DNA from: an uncultured Methanoregulaceae archaeon
GTDB taxonomy: Archaea; Halobacteriota; Methanomicrobia; Methanomicrobiales; Methanospirillaceae
Reading direction: 5' to 3'
Assembly (NCBI GenBank): GCA_963701095.1
Contig: OY969564.1
Span: forward strand, 544,001 to 608,000
Length of the DNA stretch: 64,000 nucleotides
In this document: piece after piece, positions 1-11,176 of the stretch
Numbering within the stretch: the stretch's first letter is position 1
Layout of the letters: each line of letters begins with the position of its first letter
Translations under genes and position numbers: made by a program
Notes under the pieces: model-generated
What the model was told of the DNA's origin: nothing
Databases searched by the model: none
The model's input: only the letters and a program-made list of their open reading frames with translations

Positions 1-233
1 ATAAAACCTTTATCGTCAATATACTTGACCATAAGACCGATCTCATCCATATGGGCTGCAAGCATCACCTTCGCTTTATTGCCGTGTTTAACCGCGATGA
101 GATTCCCCATCGCATCTTCGGTTATTTCATCAACATGTCCTTTCAGTTCTTTTTTAATCAGCGCAAAAACACTGCCTTCGCTTCCGGATACCCCATGGGC
201 ATTGGACAATTTTCGTAAAAGTTCTTTTACCAT
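1..233 (-). CDS. M42-family metallo-aminopeptidase (TET/FrvX-like), runs off the window edge
   Basis: Not in the ORF track. Manual translation from ATG at 233: [20 protein letters not shown]...[34 protein letters not shown], containing the M42 motifs GVSGxE, DxxGNL and AAHMDEIG. Confidence 0.92.
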   Translation of the reverse strand, partial: MVKELLRKLSNAHGVSGSEGSVFALIKKELKGHVDEITEDAMGNLIAVKHGNKAKVMLAAHMDEIGLMVKYIDDKGF

Positions 234-235
234 AG

Positions 236-1341
236 TTATGCTCCTGTTGCCATCCTTATCCTCTCTAATGCCTTTTTAAGGTTCTCCCGTGACGCAGCAT
301 AACTCAGCCTTGCATATTCTGGGGCATTTGCGCCAAATGCCGATCCGGGCGTCACAATAACTCCCCGGTCGATAATTTTCTGGACAAGTGCTGGCTTCAT
401 AGGGACAAATGCGTAAAACGCTCCTTCCGGCACCACAAGGGAGAAACCCAGGTTAGTAAGCCCTTTACAGATCAGGTCACGCCGTGCATGGTACTCGTCC
501 CTCATCTGATGGACCGCAGTCTGATCTCCGGTGTAAGCCGCAAGCGCTGCATATTGGGATATTGATGTAGCGCAGGCTTGGCAGTACTGGTGCACCTTGA
601 GGCACTGGCCGATGATTTCCGAAGAGGCCGCGAGATACCCGAGCCGCCAGCCGGTCATTGCATAGGTCTTGCTTGCCGCGTTTATGGTAATCACGTTGTC
701 ACCGAACCGGGCGGCACTTATATGTTTTTTGCCGTAGACAAAATGTTCGTAAACTTCGTCGCTGACAACGGTAACACCGGCATCGTTCGCATATTCTACC
801 AGTGCCTTGATCGACTCGCGGCTTTCGACTGCGCCAGTGGGATTTGAAGGTGAATTCAGGACAAAGACCCGGCTCCGTCAATAAGCTCTTTTGCTTTTTC
901 GAGGTCGATATGGAATGTATCATCAAGTGGCACGCCGACCGGCTGGCCACCGGCAAGGGTGGCAAGTGCTGCATACGATACAAAGCCAGGGTCAGCACAG
1001 AGAACGACATCACCGTCGCTTATGAGCGATTGCATGACAATATGAAGAGCTTCGCTCGCACCAGCAGTAACCAGGATCTGGTCGGGATTATAGGGCAGAT
1101 CGTTTTCTTTTTTGAACTTCGTGCTGATAGCTGCCCGGAGTTCAGGGATGCCCGTATTTACTGTATAACCGGTTTTTCCCGCTAGGATTGCGGCAATTGC
1201 CGCGTCCTTGATATGCTGTGGCGTGTCAAAATCCGGCTGACCAAGCCCGAGATTTATCGCATCAGGCCCGGCAGCCTCAAACATCCGGCGTATCCCGGAA
1301 ATTTCTATGCCTCTTACTCGGGTCGAAAAATGTTCTTCCAT
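236..1341 (-). CDS. Class I/II PLP-dependent (aspartate-type) aminotransferase; one frameshift near 870
   Basis: ORFs 856..1341 ([26 protein letters not shown]) and 236..694 ([13 protein letters not shown]) join through [10 protein letters not shown]...SDEVYE if one base is restored at CCGG 869-872. Confidence 0.9.
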
Positions 1342-1363
1342 AGTCTCTCACCTTGACTTCCCA

Positions 1364-1963
1364 CTATTCAATATTTGCGTGCCGGTTTTTGAGTGCGGTT
1401 TCATCTGTCTTGGTAATCTCCATGAGCCGCGAGATGACTGCATCGGAAAGGATCATCGAAGCTGTCTCAAAAAGAGTACCTAAGGGCGCAAACGATTTGT
1501 GGTCACCCAGCACCTGGCGGATTTCGAATTCGGCTGCATCGTCTTTGACGTCATCACGCTGGTTTTCTATAATGACTTTTGAGTCGGCAATTTTTCCAAT
1601 CCGTGAATCTGCATTTGAGGTGATCAGGCAGATATGGGCACCAATCTCCTTTCCGGTCTCGGCGATATCGGCAACAGTTTTTGTCCTGCCGGATCCTGAA
1701 AAGATCACAATGACGTCCCCTTTCTGGAGCGCCGGAGTGATCGTCTCCCCGACTACATATGACTGGAAGCCAAGATGCATCAGCCGCATTGCAAAACCTT
1801 TTGCTACAAGCCCGGATCTCCCGGCTCCCATCACGTAAATGCGCCGTGCATTCAAGATCTCGGTGAGAAATGCATCAATGTCTGTATCGGAAATTGAAGA
1901 TGCAATTGCCCGGATCTTTGATGCCATCAGCTGCATCATTTCCTGAACCCTGTGGTTTTCCAT
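1364..1963 (-). CDS. hxlB: 6-phospho-3-hexuloisomerase (SIS domain, RuMP pathway)
   Basis: Motifs GAGRSGLV, FAMRLMHLG, SGSGRT, APLGTLFE and C-terminal RHANIE. Likely start MENHRV at 1963. Confidence 0.93.
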   Translation of the reverse strand: MENHRVQEMMQLMASKIRAIASSISDTDIDAFLTEILNARRIYVMGAGRSGLVAKGFAMRLMHLGFQSYVVGETITPALQKGDVIVIFSGSGRTKTVADIAETGKEIGAHICLITSNADSRIGKIADSKVIIENQRDDVKDDAAEFEIRQVLGDHKSFAPLGTLFETASMILSDAVISRLMEITKTDETALKNRHANIE

Positions 1964-2083
1964 CCTTCTCGCAAGAATGATGCTATCCCATAGTAGAAGA
2001 GAATTTCGTACTGTCAGTATTAATGAAACCTTCTGCAGAAGGACCAAAGCCTGGAAATCTCAACAAAAAAGGCGGAAAAAATA

Positions 2084-3609
2084 CTAGTCGCCGGATGCTT
2101 TGTACTGGATACTGTCGCCATAGGGAACAAGTTTTGCGTTCTCCAAGACAGAAACGGCCCCATGACCGCCGCAGATCCGACAGCGTTTCTGGCGTGTTTT
2201 GAGCTGCTGATCTGTTTCTGCTGCAAGTTCCAGCAGCGCTTTTCGCTCTTTGCGCGCGAGATCGCTGTCTACGTTGACCGAGGTAACCAGGAAATCGGCA
2301 AGAGAGTTGTACCGTGCCCGTTCCGGGGTAAGGCTCGCAAAATTAATAACTGCATCAGCGGTGAAAAGTAGTCCTTCCTTTTGGCAATACAGATAGATCT
2401 GCCCGTGGGTGTGACCTCCCAGTCCTTCCAGAATGTCAAGACTAATATCTCCGACGGATATCGTTGCAAGCACAGGGAAAATGCTCTGCGTTTCTGCTCC
2501 TGTTTTTGGAAGGCAGGTAATCTTTTTTGAAGCGGTGAAACGGGAGAAAAGGTTGATCATTTTGGTATAGAATGCTTCCAGCACCGAGTGCTCGCTCCGC
2601 GAACCATACGCTCGGTTATTTGTTTTTATAATGTCACGGGTGCCGATATGCATAAGGGCATCAGCCGGGAAAAATCCTGCTGCCCCACAATGATCGGCAT
2701 CCGCATGGGAGATGATGAGGCGGGTGAACTGGTCTTCGTTCCCGAGACCGAAGTGGGAAAACATGGCCATAACATCGTCGTGATAAATACCATAGCCGGT
2801 ATCGATCATAACGGTCTCCTTTCCTGCCGTGAGGACATAGATGCTACCACCGCAAGGTAGCTGGAAACAGAAAAGGTCAACGAGTGGTGTTACCGTTATC
2901 TTCTGAATGTCAGCATAAAAATTTCTACCCGTTGTTGCCCGTAAGGTTCTTCCGGTCTGAAGCACACTATCAAAAACCAGGCGGGGGTTGTTGCCCCGGT
3001 TCATAAGTTCCTGGGCGATATGATTAGTATCGGCAAGAAATGACAATAGAAAATCATTTTCGGATTCGCCAAGCAGATCCCGGATTTCCTGAGCAAACTT
3101 GACATAGAAAATGGTATCATCGAGGTTTTTACCAGTAGTATCGTATTCAAGGATTTCCAGATGGTACCGGGATTTGAGGGTATCAAGCAGCTGCTCGACT
3201 AATGCCGGATGTTCTAGGTTAAGGCTCACGGTTAACCGGTCAGGATACCTTCCTGCTTCATCAAAATCGATAAAACCAATATTTGCCCCTGATTCTGTCG
3301 TATACTTCAGGAACCGGTCAGGGATCCTGGGGTATGGGGAAGGTGCACATAAAATTTGAGAAAACTCGCTGGTTTTAAAGAGGTCTGGAGGTATCCTATT
3401 GCCGCCAGGTCCCGGGTTATTTTGGTGCAATCTTCCGTAGTGGCGGTTACTTCATAAAAGACCGTGCAGGGATCTATCCTTCGGTCATACTGGATGCGGT
3501 TGATGTTGCCGTTATACCGGGTTATGATACCGGCAGCTTTTTCTAACGATCCCGGTTCATCAGGCATACGTGCAATAAAATCGTATTTCTTCAAAGGTGC
3601 CAACTTCAT
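2084..3609 (-). CDS. ACT-domain + metallo-beta-lactamase-fold hydrolase; frameshift near 3315
   Basis: N-terminal ACT-like repeats (MPDEPGSL..ITRYNGNI; LPHTPGSL..ESGANI). MBL motifs IDTG, SHADADH, GHTHG, ADA, GGHG. The two ORFs join at CCGG 3314-3317. Confidence 0.8.
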
Positions 3610-3684
3610 GCGCAGGACTGGAATAGGTTCACAGTTTCAATATAGGTTATGGTTAAAAAAAAAGAGATACCCGTTAGTATCAGG

Positions 3685-4773
3685 TTAATTCTTTTTTCTT
3701 TTTACGGCTGTAATCAGGAGGGCTCCAAACACGCCAGCTATCGCAATTAACGGAGAGAGAGCCATGCCAAAGGGTGCTTTAACCATTACTGGGGAGACAT
3801 CGGTCGTTTTGTTATCGGCTATGACAACATCCATGGATACTGTCAGGTAACCGGGTGCTTTAATATTAATATTATGTGTCCCGGGTGCCACTCCATTCAG
3901 GGTCACCGGAGTGGTCCCATCAAGTATTGAATCGACATAGACAGATGCACCGAGCGGGGTTGAAGAAATTACTAGTGATGCCCCACTTGGCACAGTCGGA
4001 GGTGTTATCTGTGGTGTTGCCGGTGCCCCGGTCACCGTTGTTTGTGACGGCATGATAGTTGATGTCGTCAGGTTCGCATTGGAAGCAACGATCGTCAGCA
4101 TCTCTGTCAGGCTGTTAGGCAACGTCGGACTGCTAAAGGTAATACTATAGGTCCCGGGAGACATGTCCACGTGGAATCCAAACTGGAAGTATCCATTGGC
4201 ACTGACAGGCGCGTCGTAGGTATGCATAAGATTTCCGTGAGCATCTGTTATTTTGATCTCAATCGTGTTAGTTGCAGATTCTACGTTTCCCGTAAGCTGA
4301 ACATAATTATTAAGAACTGCGGGATTAGGTGTAACGGTTGCATAAAAACCCGGCTGTCTGAGGAAGATAGAGGCAGAGGAATTGATCGCCGGGTTACTGA
4401 GGTCATAGACCGTAAGCGTATACCGTGAAGTATACAATTGACTTGCACCAACTGTTCGCCCAGTGTCCCAGATAAAATTCCATGTTCCTGATGGATCGGT
4501 ATGGATCGTATCCCCAGTGCCCGCTACCCCGGTAGGGGCGTAAGGAGGTACGCCATCAGCGGGAAGACCGGGGCCGGTAAGAACGATTACCGTAGTATTT
4601 CCTACATTGTTCGTGCCATCCAATAGGATACTGTCACCGATGTAATAACTGCCGTCTCCCCGGTAAGATATGGACATAGAGCCACTCTGGCCTGATACCG
4701 GTACAATGCAAACCATCAGTACAACGAGAAGAAGGAGGCCGCATATGAGAACCGGCACTTTTTTTGAACACAT
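3685..4773 (-). CDS. Secreted/cell-surface protein with PEGA domain and C-terminal membrane anchor
   Basis: N-terminal signal peptide, Ig-like T/G-rich domains and Thr/Pro linker. PEGA motif (ISSTPLGASVYVD..GTTPVTL..V.PGTH.I.I..PGY). Hydrophobic tail ending KRKKN. Confidence 0.8.
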   Translation of the reverse strand: MCSKKVPVLICGLLLLVVLMVCIVPVSGQSGSMSISYRGDGSYYIGDSILLDGTNNVGNTTVIVLTGPGLPADGVPPYAPTGVAGTGDTIHTDPSGTWNFIWDTGRTVGASQLYTSRYTLTVYDLSNPAINSSASIFLRQPGFYATVTPNPAVLNNYVQLTGNVESATNTIEIKITDAHGNLMHTYDAPVSANGYFQFGFHVDMSPGTYSITFSSPTLPNSLTEMLTIVASNANLTTSTIMPSQTTVTGAPATPQITPPTVPSGASLVISSTPLGASVYVDSILDGTTPVTLNGVAPGTHNINIKAPGYLTVSMDVVIADNKTTDVSPVMVKAPFGMALSPLIAIAGVFGALLITAVKRKKN

Positions 4774-4946
4774 TTTTTTTCCTCACCTAAAAGAAATATA
4801 TTCATGAGAGAATAAACGTTGTTGTCTTTTTTTACACGAAACGGCATATGGGGAATGACCGGAATTCTATAAACACGTCAGAAAAGAGTCCCCATAACGA
4901 AACTATATGTAGAGTCGAGCGAAAATCCATAAACAGAGGGGTAACC

Positions 4947-6978
4947 GTGACTGACGTCATCCTGGTCGTAAAAACCGGAAATGCGCAGCTTAAAAGTAAA
5001 ATATCCAAGATATCGCGCGAATTTTCCTATGACGAAACAGCATACAATCTTCCGATCTCTTTTGCACTGACTGGCGTAGCCGTCCATGACAAGAGCACTG
5101 CCGCCACTGTTTTTACAAAGACCGGTGACAACCCACTCGTGGCGTCCGAATGCCTGCTTGCAGAGGCTACAGCGGCCACAGGAAAAGAATCTGCTCCGTT
5201 TACCGGCTTTATCAGTGATACGGTGATACGGAAACTTGGTTACTCGCTTGTTGACGGGAGTATTCTTGGACTCTCACTTATTGTAGGCACACCTGAAAGT
5301 GCTGGCAGTGCGGCGGCCATATGCCGCGAACTCCAGGAAAAATATATGCTCACGTTCCTTGCAGGTGGCGTTATTCCGACACTTTCCTCTGCCGGTGTAA
5401 AACTTGGCCTTGATTACCGTCTTATCCCCCTTGGATCCAAGCCCCTTCATGGTGTCCATTTTGTGGATATCGTTGCCCGGGTTGCCATGATGTTCGGAGG
5501 CGTTTCCCCAGGAGATACTGGTCGCCTCCTTGCCTATGCAGCGGAACGTGCAAAAGCCATCGTTATTGTCTTTCCCGGGTTAACTGACGAAGAAATAGCT
5601 TTTGTCGATGGCATGCGAGTGCTCGGGTTTCCCATCCTCTCCCTCGGGGGCTATGAAGGTGGAGAATGGACCACGGCCACTCCTGATACCATCGTTCGTA
5701 CGGGTATGGACCTCAAAGGCATCCGTGTTAATGTTACAGCCATTCCTATTCCCATGGGTTGCTCTCCTGCCTTTGAAGGAAAAAGTATACGAAAGGAAGA
5801 GATGCAGGTCGAGTTTGGCGGGGGCCGATCACCTGCTTTTGAACTCTTGCGGATGAAAAATCCCGGCGAAATTGAAGATGGTATGGTTACGGTCATCGGT
5901 CCGGAGATCGATTCCATGAAAGAGGGGGGTGCCTATCCCCTTGGTATAATTATCGAAGTGACCGGAAAATCCATGAAGAAGGACTATGAACCGGTACTTG
6001 AACGCCGTATCCATAATTTTGTTAATTATGGCGAAGGATCATGGCACGTTGCCCAACGGGATCTTATCTGGGTCAGAATATCAAAAGAAGCGTTCGCAAA
6101 AGGTGTAAAAATTGAGCACCTGGGTAAACTCCTTGCCAGTAAGTTCCGGATGGATTTTCCCCAGCTGCTTGACGCTGTCGCTGTCACTCTTATCACGGAA
6201 AAGGAAAAAGTCCTTGTCGGAAAACGGGAAGCGGAGACAATCTATGCCGATAGGGACGCCCGGATCAAAGGCATGCGGGATCACGAAGTTGATACCTATT
6301 ATTCCTGCACACTCTGCCAGACTTTTGCTCCTAACCATGTCTGTATTATCACACCTGAGCGGCCTGCTCTCTGCGGGGCAATCAGACTGGCTTGATGGCA
6401 AGATTGCGTTTGAAATGTCTCCTGCAGGAGCAAACCAGCCGGTCGAGAAAGGATCACTTATCAATGCCCAGAACGGGGAGTTTGAAGGCGTCAACCGGTT
6501 TGTCAAGAAAGCAAGTCATGGTGAGATCGAGCGATGTTCCCTTTATAGTGTTATGGAATACCCCATGACCTGCTGCGGCTGCTTCGAAGTTATAGCACTT
6601 ATGCTTCCCGAAGTCAACGGCATCATGGTAGTCAACCGTGAATACAAAGGAATGACACCCTCCGGCATGACATTTTCTACTCTCGCCGGGACCATTGGCG
6701 GCGGTGCCCAGACCCCGGGCTTTGCCGGGATCTCAAAGAATTATATCTTATCGGATCGGTTCCTCCAAGGTGAGGGAGGTATCGAACGCTTGGTATGGAT
6801 GCCTTCGCAGCTGAAAGACGAACTCAAGCCCCGGCTCGGTCCTCTCCTTACCGCAAAAGGTCATCCGGATCTTTTTGACAAAATCGCTGATGAGACCATA
6901 GCAGAGACCATTGAGGATTTAACAGACTTCCTGAACCGCGTCTGTCACCCGGCCCTTGCGATGAAACCGTTGATGTGA
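4947..6978 (+). CDS. acsB: Acetyl-CoA synthase, bacterial AcsB-type (with N-terminal domain), ~676 aa; frameshift at ~6386
   Basis: A-cluster Cys motifs YSCTLCQTFAPNHVC, PERPALCGAI(S)WLD and PMTCCGCFE. N-terminal ETAYNLP and FTGFISD.VIR.LG..LVDG resemble bacterial AcsB. Removing the extra A at 6386 (AGACT to AGCT) joins ORFs 4848..6395 and 6112..6978. GTG start at 4947 follows GAGGGG. Confidence 0.92.
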
Positions 6979-6988
6979 GGCACACAAG

Positions 6989-7930
6989 ATGATTCCTGAA
7001 CCGCATTTTGGCTGGACCGGCACGGTAGGTGAAGTTATCCTTGGGGCAACCCATTCTGAAGGTGGTACGCGATCGCGTTCGTACAGGATAGGTGGTGGCA
7101 CCACACTTCCCTTCATGGAAAAAGAACAAAAATCCTCTTCACCACTGGTCGCTTTTGAGATATGCGATGATCCCCGGTATTGGTCCCCGATTGTCAATGA
7201 TTTCTGCAGCGATCTTATTCACGATCCGGGCGCGTGGGCAAAGACGGCTGAGATTGCCTATGGCGCTGATCTTGTCAGGCTTTGTCTTACGAGTACCAAG
7301 CAACGGGATTTTTCTGATATAGTATCACTGGAAAAGACAACGGAAACTGTCCTTTCATCGACAACGCTTCCCCTCATTATCGAAGGCAGCAACGAACCTA
7401 AGATCGACAGCGAGGTATTCCAGAAATGTGGTGAGATCGGCCAGGGTGAACGCCTGCTGCTTGGAACCGCCGAAGCCGGAAGGTACCGGAGTATTGCCGC
7501 CGCGGCCCTTGCCTATAACCATGCTATAATCGCCCAGTCTCCTATCGATATTAACCTCGCAAAACAGCTCAATATCCTGCTCAAGGAAATCGGGGTGCCG
7601 CGGGACCATATCGTCATCGATCCCTATACCGGTGCACTTGGCTATGGCTTTGAGTATTCATTCTCTGCTATGGAGCGGATCCGGTTTTCTGCACTCAAAG
7701 GCGATGTTGATCTTGCGATGCCTATGATTTGCGCACCTTCGGATTCGTTGACCATTAAGGAAGTCCGTGAAGCAGATGCAAGCACTCGCAACGCCATTGC
7801 TGTGGAATGGGAATTTACGACAAGTCTTGCTGCAGCAGTCGCTGGTGCGGAAATTGTCTGTGTCAGGCATCCTGATACGGTAAAACGACTGAAAACAGCA
7901 TTTGCAGGCCTCAATACCCGAGGTGTATAA
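6989..7930 (+). CDS. acsD: Corrinoid iron-sulfur protein small subunit (AcsD/CdhD)
   Basis: GGTR...IGG..LPF, SPIDINLAKQLN, DP.TGALGYGFEYSFSAMERIR, RHP motifs. Confidence 0.93.
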   Translation: MIPEPHFGWTGTVGEVILGATHSEGGTRSRSYRIGGGTTLPFMEKEQKSSSPLVAFEICDDPRYWSPIVNDFCSDLIHDPGAWAKTAEIAYGADLVRLCLTSTKQRDFSDIVSLEKTTETVLSSTTLPLIIEGSNEPKIDSEVFQKCGEIGQGERLLLGTAEAGRYRSIAAAALAYNHAIIAQSPIDINLAKQLNILLKEIGVPRDHIVIDPYTGALGYGFEYSFSAMERIRFSALKGDVDLAMPMICAPSDSLTIKEVREADASTRNAIAVEWEFTTSLAAAVAGAEIVCVRHPDTVKRLKTAFAGLNTRGV

Positions 7931-7932
7931 TC

Positions 7933-9267
7933 TTGCCGCTCAAGGCACTGGACATTTACAAGCTCCTGCCAAAGAAGAACTGCAAGGAATGCGGTGATCC
8001 CACCTGCCTGACCTTTGCCATGAAACTTGCCGCGGGAAAAGCAGACCTTGATCTCTGCCCCTATCTTGATGACAAAGCAAAAGCGGTGCTCGGGGCAACA
8101 ACCCGCCCGCCGATTAAACTGGTAAAAATCGGGGTAGGTGAGCGATCCTTTTCGGTCGGCGAAGAGTTTGTTCTTTACCGGCACGACAAGACATTCTACC
8201 ACCCTCCGGGAATTATGTTTGCGGTTTCCGACATCCAGAGCGACGATGAGATTTCTGCTGTGACCGCCCGGGTACGGGATGATACCCTGACCCGCGTCGG
8301 CGCTGACCTGAAATTTAACGGGACGGCGATTGTCAATACAACCGGAACCGTTGAAGCCTATGCACGGGCCGTTGCCGCTGTTGAAAAAACGGCCGGTCTT
8401 CCTGAAGTCCTCATATCAGATAACGCGCAGGCCCTTGCTGCTGCTCTTGTCCTCTGTGGCAGTTACCGGCCGTTGATAAGCGCAGCAACACCGGAAAATT
8501 ATAAGCAGATGTGTGCGCTTGCTAAACAGCATGGCTGTCGCCTGGTTGTCCGGGAACCTACCCTTGAAGGGCTTGCCAAGCTTACCAAAGACTGTGCGGC
8601 TGAAGGGGTTTCGAATGTTGTTCTTGACCTGGCACCAAAGAACCTTGGGGATTATCTCTCCCGCTCGACCGCCATACGGCAGCTTGCCATTACCCGTGAA
8701 GTCCCGGATCTGGGCTATCCGGTCTATCTGGATGCGACTGCTTTTGAAGACCAGGATGCGGCAATTGCTCTTGGTATCGTCAAGTATGCTTCAGTGATTG
8801 TTACATCACCACTATCTCAGCCGTCAGCTAAAGCGGTGCTTACACTTCGCCAGAACATCTATACCGACCCCCAGAAACCCATCCAGATGAACCCTGGCCT
8901 TTACCGGGTTGGTACACCGGGAAAAGATGCACCTGTACTCATGACGGTGAATTTCTCCCTGACCTACTTCACACTCCAGGGCTACCTTGAATCCACCCGT
9001 ATCCCCTGTTTCATGCTGATCGTCGATACGGAAGGTCTCTCAGTACTCACGTCAGTTGCTGCCGGTAAACTCAATGAATCCCTTGTGCGGGATGCCATAA
9101 AGAAATTCGGGGTCGAAAACGAAGTATCACACCGGAAACTGATTATTCCCGGATACGCAGCGCCTCTTTCTGGGAGAATTGAAGAAGCTACCGGATGGAA
9201 AGTGCTGGTGGGACCCCGTGATGCTGCTGAGATCGGTGATTTTCTTGTACAGGAATGGAAACCCTAA
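7933..9267 (+). CDS. acsC: Corrinoid iron-sulfur protein large subunit (AcsC/CdhE)
   Basis: LPKKNCKECGDPTCLTFAMKLA...CPY Fe-S motif; LRQNIYTDPQKP; TVNFSLTYF; DTEGLSVLT; GWKVLVGPRDA. Confidence 0.95.
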   Translation: MPLKALDIYKLLPKKNCKECGDPTCLTFAMKLAAGKADLDLCPYLDDKAKAVLGATTRPPIKLVKIGVGERSFSVGEEFVLYRHDKTFYHPPGIMFAVSDIQSDDEISAVTARVRDDTLTRVGADLKFNGTAIVNTTGTVEAYARAVAAVEKTAGLPEVLISDNAQALAAALVLCGSYRPLISAATPENYKQMCALAKQHGCRLVVREPTLEGLAKLTKDCAAEGVSNVVLDLAPKNLGDYLSRSTAIRQLAITREVPDLGYPVYLDATAFEDQDAAIALGIVKYASVIVTSPLSQPSAKAVLTLRQNIYTDPQKPIQMNPGLYRVGTPGKDAPVLMTVNFSLTYFTLQGYLESTRIPCFMLIVDTEGLSVLTSVAAGKLNESLVRDAIKKFGVENEVSHRKLIIPGYAAPLSGRIEEATGWKVLVGPRDAAEIGDFLVQEWKP

Positions 9268-11175
9268 ATGCGTACTGTTACTTTCCTTCCCAGTTATCAT
9301 AAGATAGAAGCTCCCAGGGGCACGACAATCCTCGATGCAGCACAACGTGCCGGCATCAATATGAATGTTGTCTGCGGCGGCATTGGAAAATGCGGGAAAT
9401 GCGTGGTCTATGTACAATCCGGGAAAGCTGAGTTTGATAAACAGAAATTTGGCCGGTTTTTTACTGAAGAAGAATTGAAAAAAGGTGCCTGTCTTGCCTG
9501 CGTTACCACGATCCAGGGAGACCTCCAGGTAATTATCCCGGAAAGTACGCTGATCCAAGAGCAGAAGATCCTCGTTGAAGGGACGGAAATGGAGATTGAG
9601 TTTCACCCGTCAGTGAAAAAATACTACGTTGAACTCCAACCGCCAACACTTGCCGATCCCTCACCAGACCTCTCCCGTCTCCTCTGGGGTATCCAGAAAA
9701 GGGGCGGACCGGTCGCAGAGAAAATGTACGCACCTCTTGAGGTGATGAGAAAGATCCCCGCACTTCTGCGGCACAGCGACTGGAAGGTTACCGGCACTAT
9801 CGCCCTTGTGCCCGGGGGTTACCGGCTTATCGATATCCAAGAAAATGATACCTCACACAGGCTCTTTGGTGCAGCCGTGGATCTGGGGTCAACGACCGTT
9901 GTCGTATATCTCTGGGACTTAATTACCGGGAAAATAACTGCGGTTGCTTCCAATTACAATAAACAGATCAGTTGCGGGGAAGACATTCTTGCACGCGTGA
10001 ATTATGCACAGAAGAACGGGATTGCAAAACTCCAGACGCTTGCGGTTGAGAGCATCAATGCTGCGTTGACCTCTGCTGCGAATTCCGCTGGGATTGATCG
10101 GGAAGATATTTACGAGGTCGTGGTTGCAGGAAACACCGTCATGACCCATATGATGCTCGGTATCGACCCAGGCTACATTATCAAGGAACCCTACGTACCA
10201 GTGGTCCAGCGGGCTCTTTCCGTTGCCGCTGCACGTATAGGAATTACCTGCAATGACAATTGCGGGCTCTTCGCCTTTCCGGCGGTTAGCGACTTTATTG
10301 GCGGTGATATCATTGCCGACATTCTTGCCTGCGGTATGAGTGAAAAGGATGATATTTCTCTTCTCGTAGATATTGGAACGAATTTCGAGGTCGTGCTTGG
10401 CAATCGCGACTGGATGTTTTCCTGTGCTGGCGCCGCAGGGCCGGCTCTTGAAGGTGGGGAAGTGCTCTTTGGTATGCGGGCAAATCCCGGCGCTATCGAT
10501 AAGATTTCCATTGATCCGGTTACCCTTAAACCGGTCTATTCCACCATCAACAGTATCAAGCCCCGGGGTATCACCGGTTCCGGGCTTATCGATATTCTAG
10601 CCGAATTGCTTACTTCCGGAGTTATAGACCGCACAGGCCGGATTAACACGGAGTATGAGAATCCCCGGATCCGTACAGGTGTCCATTTCCCTGAATATGT
10701 TATTGCGTTTGCAAAAGAGACTGATATCGGAAAAGACATTGTCATCACGGAAAATGATATCAAGAACCTGATTATGAGTAAAGCCTCCATTCACGCTGCC
10801 TGTGTGACACTCATGAAAGAGGCAGCGGTTACTCGGTTTGATATCGCTACTATCTATTTTGCAGGTGCCTTTGGTAACTATATCAACAAGAAAAATGCAA
10901 CGACTGTGGGTTTGATCCCCGAGATCGATCTCGATCGGATAAAAAACATTGGGAACGGGGCAGTGGCGGGTGCAAACCTCGCTCTTATCAATCGCAGGCA
11001 GCGGAAACTGCTCGATGGTATCGCAGGAAGGATAGCTTACATCGAGCTCAATGCAGAGCCTTCATTTATGGACGAATACACGTCAAGTGCATTTCTCCCT
11101 CACACTGATCTCTCGCTCTTCCCCGGAGTCCAGGCTCTGCTTGAGTCAGAGCGTGGGAAAAAGGAGGAAACCTGA
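9268..11175 (+). CDS. ASKHA-domain reductive activator of corrinoid protein (RACo/AcsV-like) with N-terminal [2Fe-2S] ferredoxin
   Basis: CGGIGKCGKC...LAC ferredoxin; AVDLGSTT, AGNTVMTH, FIGGD, DIGTN.E, AAGPALEG, GSGLID, AGAFG motifs. Confidence 0.92.
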   Translation: MRTVTFLPSYHKIEAPRGTTILDAAQRAGINMNVVCGGIGKCGKCVVYVQSGKAEFDKQKFGRFFTEEELKKGACLACVTTIQGDLQVIIPESTLIQEQKILVEGTEMEIEFHPSVKKYYVELQPPTLADPSPDLSRLLWGIQKRGGPVAEKMYAPLEVMRKIPALLRHSDWKVTGTIALVPGGYRLIDIQENDTSHRLFGAAVDLGSTTVVVYLWDLITGKITAVASNYNKQISCGEDILARVNYAQKNGIAKLQTLAVESINAALTSAANSAGIDREDIYEVVVAGNTVMTHMMLGIDPGYIIKEPYVPVVQRALSVAAARIGITCNDNCGLFAFPAVSDFIGGDIIADILACGMSEKDDISLLVDIGTNFEVVLGNRDWMFSCAGAAGPALEGGEVLFGMRANPGAIDKISIDPVTLKPVYSTINSIKPRGITGSGLIDILAELLTSGVIDRTGRINTEYENPRIRTGVHFPEYVIAFAKETDIGKDIVITENDIKNLIMSKASIHAACVTLMKEAAVTRFDIATIYFAGAFGNYINKKNATTVGLIPEIDLDRIKNIGNGAVAGANLALINRRQRKLLDGIAGRIAYIELNAEPSFMDEYTSSAFLPHTDLSLFPGVQALLESERGKKEET

Positions 11176-11176
11176 T

